NCBI GenBank assembly: GCA_038139415.1
Contig: JAYOSV010000001.1
Location: 126,536 to 190,535, forward strand
Source: Verrucomicrobiales bacterium
GTDB lineage: Bacteria > Verrucomicrobiota > Verrucomicrobiia > Limisphaerales > UBA1100
Length of the DNA: 64,000 nt
Direction: 5' to 3'
In this document: positions 59,179 to 64,000 of the stretch, piece by piece
How the letters are laid out: each line of letters begins with the position of its first letter
How positions within the stretch are numbered: the first letter of the stretch is position 1
Notes under the pieces: model-generated
Seen by the model: only the letters and a program-made list of their open reading frames with translations
Told to the model about the DNA's origin: nothing
The model's database searches: none
Translations under genes and position numbers: made by a program

Positions 59179-60321
59179 CTAGCTGTTTTTCTCTGTTTCA
59201 GCTTCTGCCGCTGGCTGGGCTGCGCTCTTGGCGGCTTTTTCGGCGGCTTTCTTTTCTTTCTCGGCGGCCGCTTTGGCTTGGGCTTCGGCGATTTCTTCGG
59301 GGGTTAATAAACGAGATTTGGCGAATTTTTCGAAGCGGTTGTAGCGGCGCAGGAGCTCGGGCAGCTTTTGAAGGGCCAAGAGCTGGCGTTTCATTTGTTT
59401 GTCCGGCTGGCCGGGAGTACCCCACCATTTTTCACCATCACTGATGTCGCGCATCACGCCGGATTGGGCGGCGATGGTGACGTTGTTGCCAATCCGGAGG
59501 TGACCGGCTAGACCGACTTGGCCGGCCAGAATCACGGAATTGCCCAGCTTCGTACTGCCGGCGATTCCGGCTTGGGCGACCACAAGGCAGTTTTCGCCGG
59601 TTGAGACGTTATGCGCAATTTGAACGAGATTATCGACCTTGGTGCCTTTTCCGATATGCGTGGGGCCGAGTGCACCGCGGTCAATGGTCACATTCGCGCC
59701 GATCTCGGCGTCGTCCTCAATTTCCACATTGCCGATTTGAGGAACCTTGAGGTGGCGCCCGCCTTCCTGGACGTAGCCGAAACCGTCCGATCCGATGATC
59801 GTACCGGCGTGGACCCGCACGCGGTTGCCCATCTTGGTGCGTGGATACAGGGTGACATTATGGAAGATCGCGCAGTCCTCGCCGATCTCGCAGTCTTCAT
59901 CCACGTAATTGTTTCCGTGCAAAACAGTTCGGGCGCCGATCTTGGCGCCGTCTGCAATGATCACATGCGCACCGATGCAGGCTTCTGGATGGACTTCGGC
60001 TTTATCAGAAATAATGGCCGAAGAATGGATGCCGGTGGGCGGTCCAGGTTCGGGGTAAAAAAGCGGCACCACTTTGGCAAAGGCCAGACGAGCGCTTGGA
60101 ACTTGGATCAGGACTTTGCGTTCGGAAGTGAAATCCTTGTCGACGATGATCGCGCTGGCTGCGCTTTGTTCGGCGCGTTCGAAGAAGGTGCGGTTTTCGG
60201 CGAAGGTAAGGTCGCCCGCCCGGGCGCGGTCGGCGGCCTGAAAGCCGGTGAGGGGCATAGTGCGGTCTCCCTGCACTTTTCCGCCCAATTGATCAGCGAT
60301 GTCTCCCGCTGTAAAACGCAT
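59179..60321 (-). CDS. lpxD: UDP-3-O-acyl-glucosamine N-acyltransferase
   Basis: Hexapeptide repeats, IGSDGFGY, KVPQIG, IDRGAL, KVDNLVQIAHNV. Confidence 0.96.
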   Translation of the reverse strand: MRFTAGDIADQLGGKVQGDRTMPLTGFQAADRARAGDLTFAENRTFFERAEQSAASAIIVDKDFTSERKVLIQVPSARLAFAKVVPLFYPEPGPPTGIHSSAIISDKAEVHPEACIGAHVIIADGAKIGARTVLHGNNYVDEDCEIGEDCAIFHNVTLYPRTKMGNRVRVHAGTIIGSDGFGYVQEGGRHLKVPQIGNVEIEDDAEIGANVTIDRGALGPTHIGKGTKVDNLVQIAHNVSTGENCLVVAQAGIAGSTKLGNSVILAGQVGLAGHLRIGNNVTIAAQSGVMRDISDGEKWWGTPGQPDKQMKRQLLALQKLPELLRRYNRFEKFAKSRLLTPEEIAEAQAKAAAEKEKKAAEKAAKSAAQPAAEAETEKNS

Positions 60322-60366
60322 GGCAAAAGCCTTTCAGTTAAGTTTGAGGTTGGGGCGCTAAAACGC

Positions 60367-60723
60367 CTAACGGTTGGCGATGATACCGTTGTGTTCGTCC
60401 AAAACAATCACTTTCGGTTTCCAGTCCGTGATTTCAGCTTCGTCAACGGATACAAAACTCATAATTGTCAGTCGGTCGCCAGTTTTTCCCAAATGCGCGG
60501 TGGCGCCATTGAGGATGATTGCGCCGCTGCCGGATTCGCCGGGGATAGCATAGGTCTCGAACCGTTCGCCGTTGCCCATGTTGCCGCAGAGCACGCGTTC
60601 GTAAGGCAGTAGGCCTACTTTCTCCATCAACGAGCGGTCCACCGTGAGGCTGCCTTCATAGTTGACGTTAGCGTCGGTCACCGCGGCCCGGTGGATTTTG
60701 GATTTAAGCAACTGAACCTGCAT
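60367..60723 (-). CDS. panD: Aspartate 1-decarboxylase
   Basis: LKSKIHRA, YEGS pyruvoyl cleavage site, NGERFETY, LNGATAH. Confidence 0.97.
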   Translation of the reverse strand: MQVQLLKSKIHRAAVTDANVNYEGSLTVDRSLMEKVGLLPYERVLCGNMGNGERFETYAIPGESGSGAIILNGATAHLGKTGDRLTIMSFVSVDEAEITDWKPKVIVLDEHNGIIANR

Positions 60724-60815
60724 TTTTTAATCGCCGTTGACTTGGCGGGGGGCGGCCAATATAAAGACCGCCCAACCGGTTTCAATGCAACTTTTCGTTT
60801 TTTTATTAAACCATC

Positions 60816-61979
60816 ATGAGTAGAAAAATTCGTTATGGAATGGTCGGCGGCGGTCGCGGCGCATTTATCGGCGCGGTGCATCGCATCGCCGCTAACATTG
60901 ACGGGCAGATCGAGCTGGTCTGCGGCGCCTTCTCCTCCAACCCGCGCAAATCCAAGGCTAGCGGCAAGGATTTCTTCCTGCCGGCCAAGCGTTGCTACGG
61001 CACGTTTCAGGAGATGATCGAGAAGGAAAAGCAATTGCCTGAAGGCGAGCGCATGGATTTTGTGTCAATCGTGACGCCGAACCATATGCACTTTCCGCCA
61101 GCCAAGATGGCGTTGGAAAACGGGTTTCACGTGCTCAGCGACAAACCGGCTACTTTTGATCTCAAGGAATCTAAGACCCTTGAGAAATTGGTGAAACAAT
61201 CCAAATGCCTATACGGTCTCACACACAACTACACCGGTTATCCACTGGTGAAAGAGGCGCGTGATATGATTGCCGCCGGCAAGCTGGGCAAGATTCGCAA
61301 AGTGGTTGTGGAGTATCCGCAGGGCTGGCTGGCCACGCGGCTGGAGGCCAGTGGTCAGAAGCAGGCCGACTGGCGCACGGATCCCAAGCGCAGCGGCGCC
61401 GCCGGTTGCATTGGTGATATCGGTACGCATGCGGAGAATCTCGCCGAGTATATCACTGGACTGAAGATCAAGGAACTCGCCGCGGACCTCACCACCTTCG
61501 TGAAAGGCCGCAAACTCGATGACGACGGCAATGTGCTGCTGCGTTTTACCAATGGCGCCAAGGGCGTGCTGCACAGCTCACAGATTTCTGTAGGTGAAGA
61601 GAACAACCTGAACATTCGCGTCTACGGCGAAACCGGTGGCATCGAATGGCACCAGAACGAGCCCAACACCCTGCTCGTGAAATGGCTCGATCAACCGATG
61701 CAGGTGTTCCGCACCGCCAACGGGTACCTCGGCGCCAACGCCGCGGCCGCCACGCGCACGCCGGCCTCGCACCCCGAAGGATACCTCGAGGCGTTTGCGA
61801 ATATTTACGTGAACTTCGCCAACCACATTCGCGCCAAACAGGAGCGCCGCAAGCTTGCCAAGGACGATCCTGCGCTGGATTATCCGAAGATTCAGGACGG
61901 CATCCGCGGCATGGCCTTCATCGAGGCGGTCGTGAAATCCTCCAAGAACAACGCCCGCTGGACCAAGCTGGCGAAATAA
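60816..61979 (+). CDS. Gfo/Idh/MocA family oxidoreductase
   Basis: [28 protein letters not shown]; promoter TTGACT-N17-TATAAA upstream. Confidence 0.93.
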   Translation: MSRKIRYGMVGGGRGAFIGAVHRIAANIDGQIELVCGAFSSNPRKSKASGKDFFLPAKRCYGTFQEMIEKEKQLPEGERMDFVSIVTPNHMHFPPAKMALENGFHVLSDKPATFDLKESKTLEKLVKQSKCLYGLTHNYTGYPLVKEARDMIAAGKLGKIRKVVVEYPQGWLATRLEASGQKQADWRTDPKRSGAAGCIGDIGTHAENLAEYITGLKIKELAADLTTFVKGRKLDDDGNVLLRFTNGAKGVLHSSQISVGEENNLNIRVYGETGGIEWHQNEPNTLLVKWLDQPMQVFRTANGYLGANAAAATRTPASHPEGYLEAFANIYVNFANHIRAKQERRKLAKDDPALDYPKIQDGIRGMAFIEAVVKSSKNNARWTKLAK

Positions 61980-62001
61980 GGTTGCGCCCAGATTAACTCC
62001 G

Positions 62002-62031
62002 CGCGCGACCTGAAACGGTCGCGCGTTTTTT
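62002..62031 (+). terminator. Terminator-like hairpin between the two oxidoreductase genes
   Basis: CGCGCGACC-N6-GGTCGCGCG followed by T6. Confidence 0.6.
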
Positions 62032-63171
62032 ATGATGCCAAAGAAAACACTGAACATCGGCCTGATCGGATACCGATTCATGGGCAAGGCCCACAGCAAT
62101 GCCTGGCGGCAGGCGCCGCGCTTTTTTGATCTCAAACGCGATGTGCGGTTGCACACCATTTGCGGGCGCAACACCGCCGAGGTGGAAAAGGCGCGCGCGC
62201 AATTTGGCTGGGATCATGCCGTCAACGATTGGAGGACGGTGGTGGCCGATCCGGAGATCGACGTGATCGACATCAACACGCCGAATGATTCGCATGCCGA
62301 GATCGCCATCGCTGCGGCCAAGGCAGGTAAGCATGTGCTTTGCGAGAAACCGCTCGCGTTGGACGTGAAGGAGTGCCGCCAAATGTTGCAGGCCGTAAAG
62401 CGCGCCAAGGTCGTGCATATGATCTGCCACAACTACCGCCGCATCCCCGCCATCGCGCAGGCGAAGAAGATGATCGAGGAAGGCTCCATCGGCGAGATTC
62501 GTCATTACTACGCCCGCTATGCGCAGGGCTGGCTCGTGGATCCCAAGATGCCGCGTTTATGGCGACTTCAAAAGCAACATGCCGGCAGCGGTGCTCACGG
62601 TGATATTCATGCGCACATCATCGATTTGGCACGCTTTCTTGTCGGGGAATTCGACGAGGTGTGCGGACAACTGCATACCTTCATCAAGCAACGTCCGTTG
62701 CCGGAGAACCCTAAGAAGATGGGGCGCGTGACCGTGGACGATGCCGCCCAATGCATCGGGCGTTTCAAAAACGGCGCCCTCGCCAACCTTGAGGCCACCC
62801 GCTATGCCACTGGCCGCAAAAACCGCATTCACCTCGAGATCAACGGCTCCAAAGGATCGTTGGAGTTCAATTTCGAGGACATGAACCGGCTACAGTTTTT
62901 CGATAATACAGCACCCGCCGATCGTCAGGGCTTTGCTGGTATTATCGTTACGCAGAAAGATGGCGTGCATCCGTACGTCGGCCAATGGTGGCCGCCTGGG
63001 CACATCATCGGTTACGAACATACCTTCGTGCACACCATCGCCGACTTCATTAACGCCATTGCTCAAGGTCGATCCGTGCAACCGACCTTTGAGGACGGCC
63101 TAAAAAATCAGCAAGTCCTCGAAGCCGTCGAGCAATCCGCCGAGAAACACCGCTGGGTGAAAGTGAAGTGA
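62032..63171 (+). CDS. Gfo/Idh/MocA family oxidoreductase
   Basis: GLIGYRFMGKAH, CEKPLA, HNYRR, GDIHAH. Confidence 0.93.
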   Translation: MMPKKTLNIGLIGYRFMGKAHSNAWRQAPRFFDLKRDVRLHTICGRNTAEVEKARAQFGWDHAVNDWRTVVADPEIDVIDINTPNDSHAEIAIAAAKAGKHVLCEKPLALDVKECRQMLQAVKRAKVVHMICHNYRRIPAIAQAKKMIEEGSIGEIRHYYARYAQGWLVDPKMPRLWRLQKQHAGSGAHGDIHAHIIDLARFLVGEFDEVCGQLHTFIKQRPLPENPKKMGRVTVDDAAQCIGRFKNGALANLEATRYATGRKNRIHLEINGSKGSLEFNFEDMNRLQFFDNTAPADRQGFAGIIVTQKDGVHPYVGQWWPPGHIIGYEHTFVHTIADFINAIAQGRSVQPTFEDGLKNQQVLEAVEQSAEKHRWVKVK

Positions 63172-63231
63172 GCTTCGAATAACTTCCCCTTTCCAATCGG
63201 GACCCATCTGCCACTGTGTGCCTAGGATTGT

Positions 63232-64000
63232 ATGAGCATTTCAGCTTCTTCAGACGACCGCGGGCAATGGGGTTCCAAACTCGGTTTCATCATGGCGGCC
63301 GCCGGTTCGGCCGTGGGCTTGGGTAACATCTGGCGTTTTCCATACGTCACGGGGGAAAACGGTGGGGCGGCGTTTGTGCTGGTTTATCTGGTTTGTGTGT
63401 TCCTCATCGGCGTGCCATTGCTGTATGTAGAATTGGCGCTGGGGCGGGCGAGTGGACGCAATCCGGTAGGGGCATTCCAAAAAACTAAACCCGGTACGCC
63501 GTTTATGTTTACTGGGATCTTGTGCTTGTTGGCCTGTTTTTTTGTGCTGACCTATTATGGTGTAATTGCCGGCTGGACGATCAGCTTTGCTTGGAGTCAA
63601 GTAACACAGACTCCATTGATGTTCACTGAATACATTGCAAAGCCAATGGCGGTATTGCCGGTTTTCGCAGGGTTTATCGCGTTAACCATTTGGATTGTTA
63701 GTGCCGGTGTGGAAAAGGGCATTGAAAAATGGTCAAAGATTCTCATGCCAATTTTATTTGTCATGATGTTGGTGATTATTGGCCGCAGCCTGAGTTTGGA
63801 GGGGGCGGGCAAGGGCATCAGTTATTATCTCAATCCGGACTTCAGCAAAATCGATGGAAAGGTTGTGTTGATGGCCCTGGGGCAGGCGTTCTTTTCGTTG
63901 AGCGTGGGGTGGGGACTGATGATTACCTACGGCTCTTATATGCCTAAGAGCCAGAACATCGTGACCAATGGCTTATGGGTGGCCTCTGCGGATACGCTGG
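63232..64000 (+). CDS. Sodium-dependent transporter, NSS/SNF (LeuT-like) family; 3'-truncated by the window and absent from the ORF track
   Basis: Manual translation MSISASSDDRGQWGSKLGFIMAAAGSAVGLGNIWRFPY...GGAAF...GQAFFSLS. Confidence 0.93.
   Translation, partial: MSISASSDDRGQWGSKLGFIMAAAGSAVGLGNIWRFPYVTGENGGAAFVLVYLVCVFLIGVPLLYVELALGRASGRNPVGAFQKTKPGTPFMFTGILCLLACFFVLTYYGVIAGWTISFAWSQVTQTPLMFTEYIAKPMAVLPVFAGFIALTIWIVSAGVEKGIEKWSKILMPILFVMMLVIIGRSLSLEGAGKGISYYLNPDFSKIDGKVVLMALGQAFFSLSVGWGLMITYGSYMPKSQNIVTNGLWVASADTL

Overview
Mostly housekeeping chromosome (about 55-60% GC by eye) of a PVC-superphylum bacterium, probably a Verrucomicrobiota member. That placement is inferred from a DUF1559-type prepilin protein, a planctomycete-type cytochrome c domain, DUF1080/ThuA proteins and many TPR proteins. 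Core genes are tyrS, rpsA, mutL, tRNA-His, asnS, secA, acnB, deoC, mdh, ppx, dgt, ispH, argJBDF, argC, rplM-rpsI, lpxD and panD. A small lower-GC accessory patch follows tRNA-His. The best observations, most of them absent from the ORF track: (1) a 15-aa Arg-rich leader peptide (MTLKTKHKSVRRRSR) whose Arg codons form one arm of a terminator-like hairpin directly upstream of argJBDF, a candidate ribosome-mediated arginine attenuator; (2) a TPR-TPR-ExbB-ExbD locus whose TonB-position protein has eight 72-84 aa Ser/Ala/Gly repeats and a C-terminal vWA domain; (3) two unrelated genes after tRNA-His that share an identical 40-bp promoter/start block and a similar 33-bp downstream block; (4) back-to-back sigma54-type promoters driving a LysR gene and an unannotated 28-aa membrane protein; (5) a low-GC mosaic tract inside argD; (6) frequent leaderless promoter architecture. 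No integrase, transposase, CRISPR array or rRNA was seen.
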